A stretch of DNA of 63,997 nucleotides, the filler included, from Stramenopiles sp. TOSAG23-3 (lineage: Eukaryota): the NCBI GenBank assembly GCA_900128585.1. It is 13 parts of 13 records of this genome, joined end to end, with 100 filler letters (N's around TTAATTAATTAA, not from the genome) between each part and the next. Parts side by side here need not be neighbours in the genome. Positions count along the whole stretch, not along the records: positions 1 to 4,849 come from LT643683.1; positions 4,950 to 9,794 come from LT643684.1; positions 9,895 to 14,738 come from LT643685.1; 10 more parts are not named here. One strand, 5' to 3'. Under the pieces are notes generated by a model, which searched no databases, was not told the origin of the DNA, and saw only the letters and a program-made list of their open reading frames with translations. This document shows positions 1-11,594 of the stretch, piece by piece. The position numbers and the translations under genes are program-made. The number at the start of each line of letters is the position of its first letter. The first letter of the stretch is position 1.

Positions 1-78
1 TCTAGATTTCAGTTTTCAGTTTTCAGTTCGCAGTACATTAATTTTAATTACTTAAATAACAGCCAATTTTCTTGTTTT
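1..78 (+). mobile_element. Copy of dispersed element family A (fixed end ...AATAACAGCCAATTTTCTTGTTTT), cut by the contig start
   Basis: TCTAGATTTCAG...TTCGCAGTACATTAATTTTAATTACTTAAATAACAGCCAATTTTCTTGTTTT recurs at about 28880-28938, 33921-33990 (reverse), 46785-46869 and 47003-47074. It ends 3 nt from the stop codon of the 82..4849 gene. Confidence 0.8.
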
Positions 79-81
79 AGT

Positions 82-3000
82 TTAATCTTCTTGAAACGAT
101 CCCTCTTCAAAAGCTTGGATAAGCAATTTTACTTCGTTCCAAAGTTTCCGTTTATCTTCCTGGTTTTCAACATTAAACGACGCCCCTTCTGATCTACATG
201 ACTCACATCTAGTACTGTTTAGCCTCGCTTCTTTTAAACAGTCTCGTCCGGCACATGGAAAACAATCTACGTTATAATCTTCAGAATCTATAAATTTTGT
301 CACAACATCTTTCAATTGATACCCAATCGTTGCCCACTCAATTTTTAATTTATCCTTGTTATTTTTGAACAGAAAGAACAAGTAAATTAAAGCAAATTTC
401 TGCTGACTTGTGTCCCTCATTGATTCCAAATGAGATTTTGTTTTCTCGTCTAGACTTTCCTCAAAGGAATCACGATCTACCGCGCCCCTGGTTATCCATT
501 GTCTAGTCAAATTATGAAAAGGGTAATCCTTGTGGTAAAAGTACCTCTTTGCCCTTCTCAGTTTTAAGTAAATAAGGAAAGCCTCGCCCTCCATCATTTT
601 CTGTTTTTTCCGGGTTTGTGAGCCTCGTTTTCGTTTCTTTCTCAATTCCCCGCTCTGATTTTTCTCACGTTTTCCCCCGGTCTTCTTACGCTTAAGTTTA
701 AGTAGATCATCTAACCGTAAAGTTCCTTCTTCGCGTTTCCGTTTCCGCCCATGGTTTTCTTGTCCTGAAAAATCAATAGCAACGCCATTCCCACCCTCAA
801 GTCTCACGCCATCAGTCACTAGCAGGTCTAAGAGTTGCTGGACTCGGTGCACTTGCTCCGTTTCACCAATGCCATTCAACTTGTTGTTCAAGTCTTCCGG
901 CGAACTAAAATCGATTTCATTGAACCATTCGGGGAGATGAACGACTTTATTTTCCACCGCACTCTGCGAGCTTTGTTTCCTTTTAATTAAGTTGAAAATC
1001 GCCCGAATGTCGGTGCTTGCCTTCCCCCCAGTGGGGTGTAGCACCACAGGGATGAATACATTAACTTTGTTTTGTTCTTGTCCTTGCCTAGCCAGTCTTC
1101 CTAAAAGCTGGTTCCACTGTTCTATAGTATGAGGGAGAAAAGCAATCAAAAGAGTATTACAATTTTTCTGTAGTCCATCAACACCTTCCAAAACTGGGCG
1201 ACTAGCGATCAAAACCTCATATTCCTTGCTGTTAAATAGCTCTACTACCCCCTTGTTTTTATCTTCATTGGTTTTATTTGTTCCAGTGTACACAACAACT
1301 TCCTTACCACTCTTATTGCTAACGGCAGTGTTTTTTAACTTTTCTATAAGAATTTCTTGTTCATGCTCTCGCCCAGTATAGTGACTATAAACCAAGATTT
1401 TTGATGCCTTCGTCAATATTCCTTTCACATAACAATTGTTTATCAATAATTCCAGTCTCTCTTCCCTTTTCATACACTTTTCGTCTTCTGTCAAGTTATC
1501 CTTCCCTGTGGAATTTTGGCAACTTTTGCACGGGCACTTGGAGTCACTCTCATCGCGTTCAAAAACTTTCACGTGGATGTTCACCGCTGCTGTTTTCAAT
1601 TCCTTTTTTGCCCGAATACTGTCCATGATCAAGTATATGTGCCCCAACCTGCAGGCGATGTTTTGATGTTTTGATGTTTTCGGTTGCGTAAACTTCTTTC
1701 TATGTAAAATTTCGAACAAACTCCACAAGTCTTTTTCTTTAGTGGCAAGGGGGGTTGCCGTCATTCCCAAAACTTTACATTCTTCGTTACATTCAATAAT
1801 TTTTAGAATTGCGTCGCGTCTCTGGGACGACTTATCTTCATTACCATTACTTGCGTCTTTTACTTTGTGAATTTCGTCCAATATAATAAACGAAATTTTT
1901 TCTTTCCTTAATTCTCCCTGGTGCCTACGCAATATGGAGTCACGCAATATGGAGTAACACATTATATGTACGTTGCATAGCTCCTTCTGGAACTGACCAT
2001 CTATCCCTTTTGATGAATACAAAATGAAGTTGCAACTTTCCATGCGATGTTCAGTAAAAAAATTATTTATCTCATTACGCCACTGTAATGCTACTTCGTT
2101 AGATGGTACGACAATTAACACATTAACACTTTCATCACTCTCCAGGGCGTACATTATGCTTAATATTCCTGCATAGGTTTTGCCAGTACCAGTTTCCGAA
2201 CAATTTAGCAAACCAAGCCGTTGAAAGCACTCATTTTGTGACCGTTGTGAACCTTCACCATTTGGAAAACGGACACCAAAAAGGAGCACAGCAGTAGCAC
2301 ATTGCATCAAATTGGGCTTCTTCTTTCCTGGGAGACAGTATTCTTTCTGCTCCTGCATTTGTGTTATTCGATTATATTCGACCAGAAACTGAATAGCTAC
2401 ATGCTTCACATTTTCATTGGCATCATTATTGTAGCGCGAAATCGCATTTTTGATATCTGTGTGATCTGATTCATTCTCAAATATTCTCCACCAAAGTGAT
2501 CCCAATGCAAATCGTTTTTCATCTTTAATCTGGTCGAATGTGTTACCGATGTCGTTGTATATTAAAATACCAAGCTGTTTTTTCAAATGTTCAAAAGTTT
2601 GATCTACTGACGTTGGTATCATTACTTGCTGCGAATTTTTTGTTTCACTGTCGCGCTCATTTTCAAGTATATATGGTAAAATTAATTCTTTTAAGTCGTG
2701 GTTACTTGCAAACATAATTTTCGAATCTAAGGACATCTTGTCCATAAATAGGTGAGAAAAGCAAGCACGGCAAAATCCCCCTTGGTTCCATAAGGTATAC
2801 CAATTGTCCATAGGTAACCTATCAATCTTCTTACAAGTACCACAAAAAAATTCTACAACCGAGTCCGAGGAAACCATCTTGTTCAAAATTTTGTTAACGG
2901 TATAGCGGTTCTTCAAGTTATGTACAGAAAAATGGGCATAACTACTTTGAATATATTTTTTGAAAGCATTCACACTCTTACATTGTTCTATGTCGTCTAT

Positions 3001-4849
3001 GATACCATATAGGGTGTCAAGCGCAACATAGTATTCAACGCTAAGAAGGCGAAGGAGATGTTCGAGCATTTCCACTACAAACCTTATTTCGGAATTATCC
3101 GATTTCCCGAACTTTTCTTTCTTCTGAGAATACTCTTCGTATAGGAGCAGCTGTTGATCCACCTCCTTTCTCTTACACAGTCCGTACAGCGCATCTAGCC
3201 ACTCATCTATTCGTCTATCGGATACCTTATTTTTTAAGTTATTCCATGTTTCCTTTACTGTAGGAGGAAACCATTGAAAGTTCGATTGAGACAGAACCGC
3301 AGCTTCAATGCATTCGTAGACAAAATCTTTTCGAGATTCATCGAAAATTGATTTATTTCCAGTTCTGTCTTTGACACGGAGTTGGTATTGTTTACTAGGC
3401 AACGGCCTCTGAAATGCTGATTTTCCCCAATAAATTAATATTTTTCGACGTGGCCTCTTCATATTGAAAATAAAATACTCGACATCCTCATCGCAATGCT
3501 CGGGTTCGTTGGACTCAAAGTATCCATCGATTTTAAAACTTTTAATATCAGGAGTATTAAGTATATTCACACACTCGTACACGTCTTCTCCATCAAAACC
3601 ATTTTGCAGCTGCTTGAAATCTTCAGCAATCTTGCAAGTTTCATTTGATAAGACTTTTTTCAAATCCAAATGCCATTTTGACTTCTTCCCCGATGGGAAG
3701 TCGCTCCGTTCGAAGAGCTTGCTATAGACAAATATTCCCTTTTGTTTGTGGACAAATACTCCACAAATATATGTTTTGTTGTTTCTTTGAAAATCATTTT
3801 TGTTAGTCTGTTTGAACGAACCGACACATTTTCCTGTGAAATCAGTCTCTTGTTTCTTATATTTCAATGCAAAATGACATTTCCGAACGTATTTGTTTCC
3901 TTCTTTAGCTTTCGACAAAATATCTTCATCGATTATTTCTGCATAGATTATCGACAACCAGTTTTTATCTACAGCAGCCAATACAATATTTTTGTCTTTT
4001 TTTTGTGTATCTGTAGCATACTTTAACGCCATTCCGTTTTCCTGCACAGCCATGTTGGTCAATGTTTTCCTCTTGTATTTCTTTACATACATCAACGCTA
4101 GCCCATTCTGCTGGACAGCTTCTTTTGCAATTTCATAATAAGATGTTACTTTTTTTGGCACAAACCTTAAATAGCACCCGTCTATCTTTACCAACTTTGA
4201 TATTATCTCTACATTTTCCCATACATCAGAGTGTGCATAGTACTCAACAGCATAACTATTTTGCGTTGCTGTTGCCACGACAATTAATAAATCATTTTTT
4301 AACTCATCGGAAGCATACTGTAAAGCATACCCATTTTGTTTTACGGCTTTCAGCACGATATCACGATCGTTTTTTAGTTCATCAGATGCATACTGCAAAG
4401 CAAGCCCGTTTTGTTTTACGGCTTCGAGCATGATTGCGCGATTTTCTCTCAGATTAGTTCGATCAAGAGGCACAGAACCCATATTCTTTGAATCAAAAAG
4501 TAAGCCTTGTTTTACCTGATCATACAGATCCAGGTTGTACTGACTTGACTCTACTCTGTACAAGTACACTAGCAGCAAAAAATGCTCGTAGTGCTTTAAA
4601 TTCTCTTCGTACGACTTATCCTTATCCAGTAATTCAGCAGGTAGAATTTTAACATGCCTGATTTGCCTGATTTGCGTTGCCCTTAGCACGAATTGGCGAT
4701 CCTTCCGTAGTTCATCGGATGCGTACTGCAAAGCAAGCCCATTTTGTTTTACGGCTTTCAGCATGATTTTGTGATCGTCTTTTAGACTATCGGATGCATA
4801 CTGCAAAGCATGCCCGTTTTGGTTTACGGCTTCCAAAACGATTTTGTAA
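82..4849 (-). CDS. Large protein (5'-partial): N-terminal DUF4116-like repeats plus SF2 (SNF2/DEAD-like) helicase and basic C-terminal region
   Basis: Repeats of the type AVKQNGLALQYASDELKNDRDIVL. Helicase motifs SETGTGKT (I), IVVPS (Ia), IILDEIH (II), GMTATP (III), EGVDGLQ (V), QLLGRLARQGQ (VI). The frame stays open to the contig end at 4849. Confidence 0.8.
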
Positions 4850-4949
4850 NNNNNNNNNNNNNNNNNNNNNNNNNNNNNNNNNNNNNNNNNNNNTTAATTA
4901 ATTAANNNNNNNNNNNNNNNNNNNNNNNNNNNNNNNNNNNNNNNNNNNN
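4850..4949. other. Artificial contig linker (N44 + TTAATTAATTAA + N44), first of 12
   Basis: Identical 100-nt spacers carrying stops in all six frames at 4850, 9795, 14739, 19676, 24611, 29546, 34478, 39409, 44339, 49266, 54188 and 59102. Confidence 0.99.
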
Positions 4950-5111
4950 AACACAAAAGGGGAAATAAATAGCATATACACAACATCAATATGTACTTGT
5001 GTTTTTTTATATCATTAGTTTTTTTTCATTATGAATTAGTTCGCAGTATATCCTTCGTAAGAGTCGATGGTAATTACTTCGTACGATTTACTAAGTACAT
5101 GATTTACGTGC

Positions 5112-6908
5112 TTACTCCCATTCCAACGGACGAACTTCCATAAACGCTTTGACGATATCATCGGTGACTTCGGCGCGTTTTTCTTGGTGGTCGGCGACGA
5201 TCTTTTGAAGAATTTCGATCAAGATTTTCTTCACTTCCCCCGTCAACATTTCCCCAGAACCGTACTTGGTGGCAACTTCTTTCAAGAGGTCATCGTCCAT
5301 GCAGAAAAATCTCAGCCACTGGTACGGGATGTCCACTGCCAAATCAGCCCCTAGCTCGCGTTGCAGCTCGAGGGTCTCCTGGCCACCGCTGAACGCGTGC
5401 TTGTTGATCTTCTTTTTGATCTGCTTCGCGGTGTCGGTCACGTACACGGCAGTGTTTTTAGCCGACGCGCTCATCTTCGTGTCTTGCCCTTGCAGGGCAG
5501 GGAAGAACTTGCAGTGCAGGAGGGCAGGCTTGTGGAGCTTGAGCTTCGGGGCGACGTCTCGGGTCAACCGAAAATATGGGTCTTGGTCGATCGCACAAGG
5601 GATCAGGCAAGGCATGTTAGCTATACCTTTCAGCGGAATCTTGAACGCTCGCGAGAACGATGGGGCCGCTTGGACCGCTGGGAACGCCTGCTTTCCTATG
5701 CTGTCGCTTTCGGTGAACCCGAAGACCCCGCGGGCCGTGTTGAAGGTGACGCGCTTTTGGATCTCCAATATGGTCGGGTACAAATGGCCCATGTAATCTA
5801 AGTCGGAGAATATGAATGTTTTCTTCATGTCAAAGCCCATGGCGATGATATCCTTCGTATTCTCGTACGCCAATCGGTGGCACTCCTCCAGCGAAAGGTC
5901 TTTCCATAGAAACTTCTCGTCGTCCGTCAGCTGGACCACGAGGGGGCACTGGAACACGTCCTGGAGCCACTTGGTGAACATGAACGGCAGCAAATGGCCC
6001 ATGTGCAGGGACTCGGAGGACGGCCCGCGGCCAGTGTACAAGTAAAATTTTTCGCCCTTCTCGAACAGGTCCAACATTACGTTCAGGTCGCGGTGCGAAT
6101 AGTAAATGTTGCGCTTCAGCCACGGGTGGGCCGGTTGCCCGGTAACCTTTTCGATCCGATCGATCAGCTCCGTGGTCACCAGGGACGAGCCGTAATCGCG
6201 CGTCAATTTTTGGTAGTCCACGCCCCCGTCCGTGTCAACCTCCCACGGCGTTACGATCTGCTTCTTTCCCTTTCCCTCGGTGGCGCCCGCAGCGGCCGGC
6301 TTTGAGTCCTCCGCTGCATGGATTGCGGTGACACAGCTATCCAGCAGTGCAACGGTGCCCTTGCTGGGCGGGTCGGCCACGTTGGCCAAGGCCGCCTTCC
6401 CCGAGTTCATGTTGCTCGCGCCCTCCCCAGACGTGGTAATGATAAACTGGACTTCTAACTGCTTCTTGTTCTTCAAGAATTTCACTTTCGACAGCTGAAA
6501 GCTGGTGATGCAGTTGGTGCTGGTCGGAAAATCCCACGCGGGGTTGCAGCAGTTGATGTTCCAGCCCTCTAGGTACAAAATGGTCAGCGTGGTGATAGCT
6601 GGTGGGGGGGCGTTCTTGTCGTAGAGGACGGTGCCGAACGTGTCGTTCGCCTGGTCCCTCGGCATTTGGAAAAACCGCACCGGCGCATTTTCTTTACACT
6701 TTGCATTTGCAGCGGCGACTACCTTTCCCATCAAGTCATCGCTGGGGCTACTCTCCAACCCGCACGATACGGTGATCCGGCACTTGTTCCCATCGCTATA
6801 CTTGACGCCCACCGTTGAGCCTCCAGTTTTGAACCCTATCACGCTCACCAGTGCCCCTTTCATTACGTTAATGGCAAGGCGCTGCTCTGGACTTGGTTGA
6901 TAAGACAT
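5112..6908 (-). CDS. WARS1: Cytosolic tryptophanyl-tRNA synthetase with N-terminal AlaX-S-like domain
   Basis: [22 protein letters not shown] (HIGH motif), [14 protein letters not shown] (KMSKS motif), HAFSGGQ and GEMLTGEVK are typical of eukaryotic/archaeal TrpRS. About 155 N-terminal residues resemble AlaX-S. Confidence 0.96.
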   Translation of the reverse strand: MSYQPSPEQRLAINVMKGALVSVIGFKTGGSTVGVKYSDGNKCRITVSCGLESSPSDDLMGKVVAAANAKCKENAPVRFFQMPRDQANDTFGTVLYDKNAPPPAITTLTILYLEGWNINCCNPAWDFPTSTNCITSFQLSKVKFLKNKKQLEVQFIITTSGEGASNMNSGKAALANVADPPSKGTVALLDSCVTAIHAAEDSKPAAAGATEGKGKKQIVTPWEVDTDGGVDYQKLTRDYGSSLVTTELIDRIEKVTGQPAHPWLKRNIYYSHRDLNVMLDLFEKGEKFYLYTGRGPSSESLHMGHLLPFMFTKWLQDVFQCPLVVQLTDDEKFLWKDLSLEECHRLAYENTKDIIAMGFDMKKTFIFSDLDYMGHLYPTILEIQKRVTFNTARGVFGFTESDSIGKQAFPAVQAAPSFSRAFKIPLKGIANMPCLIPCAIDQDPYFRLTRDVAPKLKLHKPALLHCKFFPALQGQDTKMSASAKNTAVYVTDTAKQIKKKINKHAFSGGQETLELQRELGADLAVDIPYQWLRFFCMDDDLLKEVATKYGSGEMLTGEVKKILIEILQKIVADHQEKRAEVTDDIVKAFMEVRPLEWE

Positions 6909-7805
6909 GTTTGTTTCGTTTCGATTTGCAGAATAAAATGTAATTCAATACAACCCCGTACAGTTCTAAACCTTTGTTAAATATTCAATTGAATTATTCT
7001 TTTACGAATGAAATATTGAAAACACTTGGTTTTATTTTTTTCTTCTACCCCCCTCCCCTTTCTATTTATTATCCATTAGGATATATTCTATATTATTATT
7101 ATTATAGCTAAAAAATATAAAATATATCAGTCATCACAAAGAGAAGAAATAATAATTTAATATAATAAATAATAATAATAATTTTCTTCTGGTTCTAAAA
7201 TTAGTTCGCTATTTTATGACATTATAATATTCGTCTCAATAGTAGTAGTATTAAATAAAAAAGAAGATATTTTTTTATTTTTTTTTTACCAGTAGTACGA
7301 GTACTGTATGAATTATGAATGGTGGTAAATAAATAAATACATGGAAAAATACATAGGGAATTTCAAAACATGTTATAAGTATAAACGTTGTATTGTTGGT
7401 TCTATATAATAATAAATCTTAAATATTTTGTCTTTCTTTTTAATTACTTCGATAGATAATAAATACCTCGTATGAGGACAGTACGGTTGAGAACAGGAAC
7501 TGATTCTATAGTGTGTTGTTAATAATAGTTTTTATAGAGGAGAGTAAGAAAAATATGATGATGCTTTTTTTTATTATTATTTTATTAATTTTATATTATT
7601 ATTGATTTTGGTATGGTGGTATTTATATAATTTTATTATATTGAGATATACATTTTTATGAATGGATTAAATGCATTCTAAATATATAAACTGTATATTC
7701 TAAATTATGTAAAGTAATACAAATGGACGTGGAAGAAATTATTAAGATGTGAGTGCGCGTTGGGCTTGCCTTGCCTCTATGTATTATTGACGAGCCCTTG
7801 AATCC

Positions 7806-9185
7806 ATGGGTGGAAAGCTTTCATTCGTAATGCCAAGCACACTCGTTACACTGTTGTTCGCGTCCGTAGTCGTTGCGTCGGCTGCGGAAAAAGCCGAAAC
7901 CAAAGCGTGGCCAACGCCAATTTGGGTAAAAGATGATGCGCTTTCTGCCAAGCACGTGAAGAAAATAAAAAGCCTGATGGTAAAGGAAAAGAAACGCGAC
8001 CGTAAGGGGGTCATTAAGTCCAACATGGGCGGTTACCAGTCTGATGTTGACTGGATCCACCGTGAAGCTAGGCATAAGGCCATCAAGAAGTTGCACGACG
8101 TGCTCTTGAAAAACGCGGCCGAGTTCGTTTTCCAGTGGCAGAACTCTGGCGTCTCTAGAACGAAAGATGGCTCGCTTGATTTTCCCATGTTCGAAGTGTG
8201 GATCAACGGTGGCTGGGTAAACTCAAACTCGTACTTGAATTTCAACATGCCCCATGTGCATCCCGAGTCGTACATTTCAGGAACGCTCTATTTTCCTCCG
8301 ACGGTGGGTGGCAACGGCGACAACATGGGGAACTTGACGTTTGAAGACCCCCGCGATTTTTCAGCATCAGAGCACCTGAGTTTCCAGCCACGGCCTGGGC
8401 GATTGCTTTTGTGGCCTGCGTGGCTGGGTCATTCTGTGCAACCAAACCCAACAAAAGGGAAAAAAAGGTACAGCATTAGTTTTAATATTCAGGTCGCGTT
8501 CATTAACCGTGAGAACGATGTGGCGTATCCAGGGGAGTCACTTTTGTGCAATAGAAACCAGCTTAGGATGGAGTGTGAATCAAAATTTGGTAGGATGCAG
8601 AGGGGCGCAAAGGCTTCAAGCCACGATGCCCCGTCACTTTTTCTACATTGGCCGACCGTGTACAAGCATTTCAAGTTCACCAGCCAGGGAGAAGGAGACC
8701 AGGTCTACCAAGATATAATGGGGAAGCACGCGGAGAAGTATGCGACACCGATCCCAACCCGACTGTCGCCGTCGGTGCTGGAGTCGTCGCCTATGATTTC
8801 GTCATTGGAGAGCATTGTTGGCCACAAATTCGTTGCAGTCGATTCTTACAACTTTAAAGCGAAATCACCGCAAATGATTGCCTTCGCAAACGATAGGCAG
8901 GCGCGATCGTGGAAAACCATTGTAATTCTCAAAGGCCGTACGAAGGTTAAATTCGTAGACCCTAGAAAAATGTGCTCGTTCGGCTTTCGGTATACTTTCG
9001 GCTGCCCCGAGGGCCTTGGCAAGAACATTGCATGGGACATGAACGAGGGGGATGTCATTGTATTTCCAAGCTCACTCCATCATATTATCCCGCCGAACGT
9101 TGGTGAATCGGATCTCCAATTTATCGTAGGAACGCTGGCATCATCGATTTCGCCAGACGACCAATGCTTGTTAGATTCGAAGTAA
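7806..9185 (+). CDS. 2OG-Fe(II) oxygenase (TIGR02466/2OG-FeII_Oxy_5-like) with signal peptide and a second degenerate domain
   Basis: SNMGGYQS, WVNSN...NMPHVHPESYISGTLY, FEDPR, LLLWPAWLGHSVQPN...RYSISFN. A second copy reads FVDPR...VIVFPSSLHHIIPPN. The N-terminus is hydrophobic. Confidence 0.8.
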   Translation: MGGKLSFVMPSTLVTLLFASVVVASAAEKAETKAWPTPIWVKDDALSAKHVKKIKSLMVKEKKRDRKGVIKSNMGGYQSDVDWIHREARHKAIKKLHDVLLKNAAEFVFQWQNSGVSRTKDGSLDFPMFEVWINGGWVNSNSYLNFNMPHVHPESYISGTLYFPPTVGGNGDNMGNLTFEDPRDFSASEHLSFQPRPGRLLLWPAWLGHSVQPNPTKGKKRYSISFNIQVAFINRENDVAYPGESLLCNRNQLRMECESKFGRMQRGAKASSHDAPSLFLHWPTVYKHFKFTSQGEGDQVYQDIMGKHAEKYATPIPTRLSPSVLESSPMISSLESIVGHKFVAVDSYNFKAKSPQMIAFANDRQARSWKTIVILKGRTKVKFVDPRKMCSFGFRYTFGCPEGLGKNIAWDMNEGDVIVFPSSLHHIIPPNVGESDLQFIVGTLASSISPDDQCLLDSK

Positions 9186-9592
9186 TAATAATAAATATAA
9201 TAAAACAAATTATTTGAAATTATTTTTTTCCTCGTATTAACAACATTAACACAGCATTAAACCAAATTGTTTTTGAAAATCCGCTAATATATTTCACCCT
9301 TCTTCTTCTTCCTCCCTCGTCGTCCCTTCCTCCTTCTCTTTCTTCTTTTCTTTTAATCTACCCTATACCAAGGTACCACCCACCATATCCTCGTACCAAG
9401 TAGTACTTCTCGTCGCCATCCCAAAAAAACCTGGCGTATTTGAAGTTAACAAACTGGTTCCGTGCTTTTATTGTGCTTTTCAAACGAGTGAATGCAGCTG
9501 AAAAACATATGAACCTTGTTAAAGACACTCGCAAAAAAGATAAAGTTGTCAATTATAGAATCAATACAGGTTTGCTCATAGCATTGTGAAAA

Positions 9593-9794
9593 ATGAGTCC
9601 AGCCAAGACAAGAAAAAAGTCTTCCACCGCCAGCACTGGGGATGCCGAGTCTTTGTTGCCGACGAAGCGGGGTGCCAAGTCTCTTGTCGTCGGTGTTGTA
9701 TTTGCCCTGGCTTTGTTTTGTGTTTGGTCAAAGCACAAGAACTTGAGCGTCGATGAGCGTAAGCGTGGTATGATTGGTTTGAGTCTCGGGGTTC
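9593..9794 (+). CDS. 5' fragment of a probable membrane protein, truncated by the contig end
   Basis: ATG-initiated ORF with coding-like composition and one hydrophobic segment (LVVGVVFALALFCVW), open into the linker. Confidence 0.45.
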
Positions 9795-10145
9795 NNNNNN
9801 NNNNNNNNNNNNNNNNNNNNNNNNNNNNNNNNNNNNNNTTAATTAATTAANNNNNNNNNNNNNNNNNNNNNNNNNNNNNNNNNNNNNNNNNNNNGAGGCC
9901 AGTAAGAACAGAGACGCGATAAGGATGTAATAAAACGCCGTGTACAGCGACGCAAAGTCGAGACAGTACTGTTTATATTCTTCCACTTTTATTTTTTGTT
10001 TTGTTTTTTTTAGAAATGAAGAAGTGATTTTTTGTCAAGAAGAAGATGTGATTTAATAAAATAATAGAAGAAAGAAAGAAGAACGAATATCGTGAAAATA
10101 AGGAATCCTCATCCCTAACATTATACTGTATGCTCTGATGATACT

Positions 10146-10283
10146 GTACATTTAATAATATAGATACAGCATTAAACCAGTCGGTTAAAAAATGGTAAAA
10201 AAATGAAATCTTATAGACACACACAACATACAGCATACAGTACACCCCCCCATGGTTTGCACTAATCGTGCAAAGCACAATAT
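10146..10283 (+). repeat. Dispersed repeat family B, copy 1
   Basis: TTAATAATATAGATACAGCATTAAACCARTCGGTTAAAAAATGGTAAAAAAATGAAAT...ACACACAC...CCCCCC...CTAATCGTGCAA is shared with 39509-39625 on another contig. Confidence 0.8.
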
Positions 10284-10559
10284 CAAGTAAAACCACCAGT
10301 ATAATACAGTGTAATAAAAGCCCCAATATTACCTTAAATTTCCCCAATATTATATTGGTTGGAGAAAATAATATAAAATGTTCCTCACCACTTTTCCGTA
10401 TCTTCTATAATAGATCCTCCCTCAAGCGCTTTACCAACAGTAAAATGTATGTTTCCTCCCTAAGTTTCGTTTCCATCTCTTTGACCTTGAGTCTAGTCTA
10501 CAGTCTACAGTTAGTTCTCGTTCCCACCATTGTCCCTGCCCCTCCCCCCCTCTCTCATT

Positions 10560-11594
10560 TCATGAGTCGACCATGAGTGACCTGGGGAAATGGGCTGCCG
10601 CCGGAGGGAAACGCTTTGTGACTGCTCTGGACGATTCGGCTATGATAGTGTTGATGTTAAGTAACGGGTATCGGCCCGTAAATGGCTGGCTGGCCATTGA
10701 TGCGTAAGTGAGCAAGCCGTCGTAAAGGAGAACATAAAAAAAAGCCCCGGGGATGACCCACGGGCCCATGTCTTCGGCCATGGCCCAAGGAAGCAGTATG
10801 AAACTGAAGGTCAGGTTAAGGGTCATGAGATGCGTGAAGAGCAGTGGTCCATGCGTGTCGTCTAACAGATCACCGACGACTCCGATAGCAGAGCGTACCT
10901 GCATCACCTGATTCGACATGTGGTATGCATAGTTCTGAGGTGAGCGCACATGACGACGTTCTGCCGCCTGCGTTGCGGCTGCCAAAACCCACACCAGAAG
11001 GCCGTAGCCTGGTTGTGGCAAGGCCTCTAGTGCTTCGTTCTCATCAGCTGTTAGTGCGGCTTTAGCATGGCCGAGCGATAAGACAGCCAATTCGCGTGGG
11101 ACGGCTTTGAAACCTGCAAACGAAGCGTGTGATACGGCTTTGACCAGCCGGGCAATGGCCGCACCGCTCTTGGCGCCGCCAGGCGTGTTCTTTGTGTACG
11201 CGGAAGTCAACAACATAATATCATTCAAACGCCCCTGGAACCGGCGCAAAGAATCGAGAAGTGCCTGCCACTTCTTGGTTGCACCGCTTACAAACGGCAC
11301 CAGCAAGATCGAAGTAGACAAACCCCACATGGTGAAAAGCGTCTTCATCTGGTTCCCGTGCACAGACAGCAGAGCCTTATGCGTTTCCGGGTTAACGCCA
11401 AGAAGGACGTAGACGAGGGAAACGTACGCAGACATCATAAGCAGCCGTGGCAGAATGCTCGGCAGTAGCGTGCCTCTCCACATCGCCATCGAAAGCAGCC
11501 GTGACGCCGGCAGGCGCGCAACTACATGCGACTCCTCGCCCGCATCGAAGGCCGTCCGCCCAGTCAGCGGTACGTAGAAGTCTTCCGTATCCAT
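10560..11594 (-). CDS. Bestrophin-like anion channel protein
   Basis: WRGTLL near the N-terminus, several TM segments, W..L...RRFQGRLNDI, PLLFTHL and a MASQPFTG (NPFG-like) motif. Confidence 0.65.
   Translation of the reverse strand: MDTEDFYVPLTGRTAFDAGEESHVVARLPASRLLSMAMWRGTLLPSILPRLLMMSAYVSLVYVLLGVNPETHKALLSVHGNQMKTLFTMWGLSTSILLVPFVSGATKKWQALLDSLRRFQGRLNDIMLLTSAYTKNTPGGAKSGAAIARLVKAVSHASFAGFKAVPRELAVLSLGHAKAALTADENEALEALPQPGYGLLVWVLAAATQAAERRHVRSPQNYAYHMSNQVMQVRSAIGVVGDLLDDTHGPLLFTHLMTLNLTFSFILLPWAMAEDMGPWVIPGAFFYVLLYDGLLTYASMASQPFTGRYPLLNINTIIAESSRAVTKRFPPAAAHFPRSLMVDS

Noticed and set aside
4894-4905. TTAATTAATTAA recurring every ~4.9 kb as a biological periodic motif
   Set aside because: It is always embedded in N44...N44 and is an artificial all-frame stop linker.
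5266-6900. Antisense and alternative-frame ORFs overlapping TrpRS and other long genes
   Set aside because: They are shadow ORFs of well-supported genes on the opposite strand, with no recognisable motifs.
6947-6960. AATACAACCCCGTA shared upstream of TrpRS and of the ankyrin gene (33508-33521)
   Set aside because: A few 14-mer matches are expected by chance in 64 kb, and there are only two occurrences.
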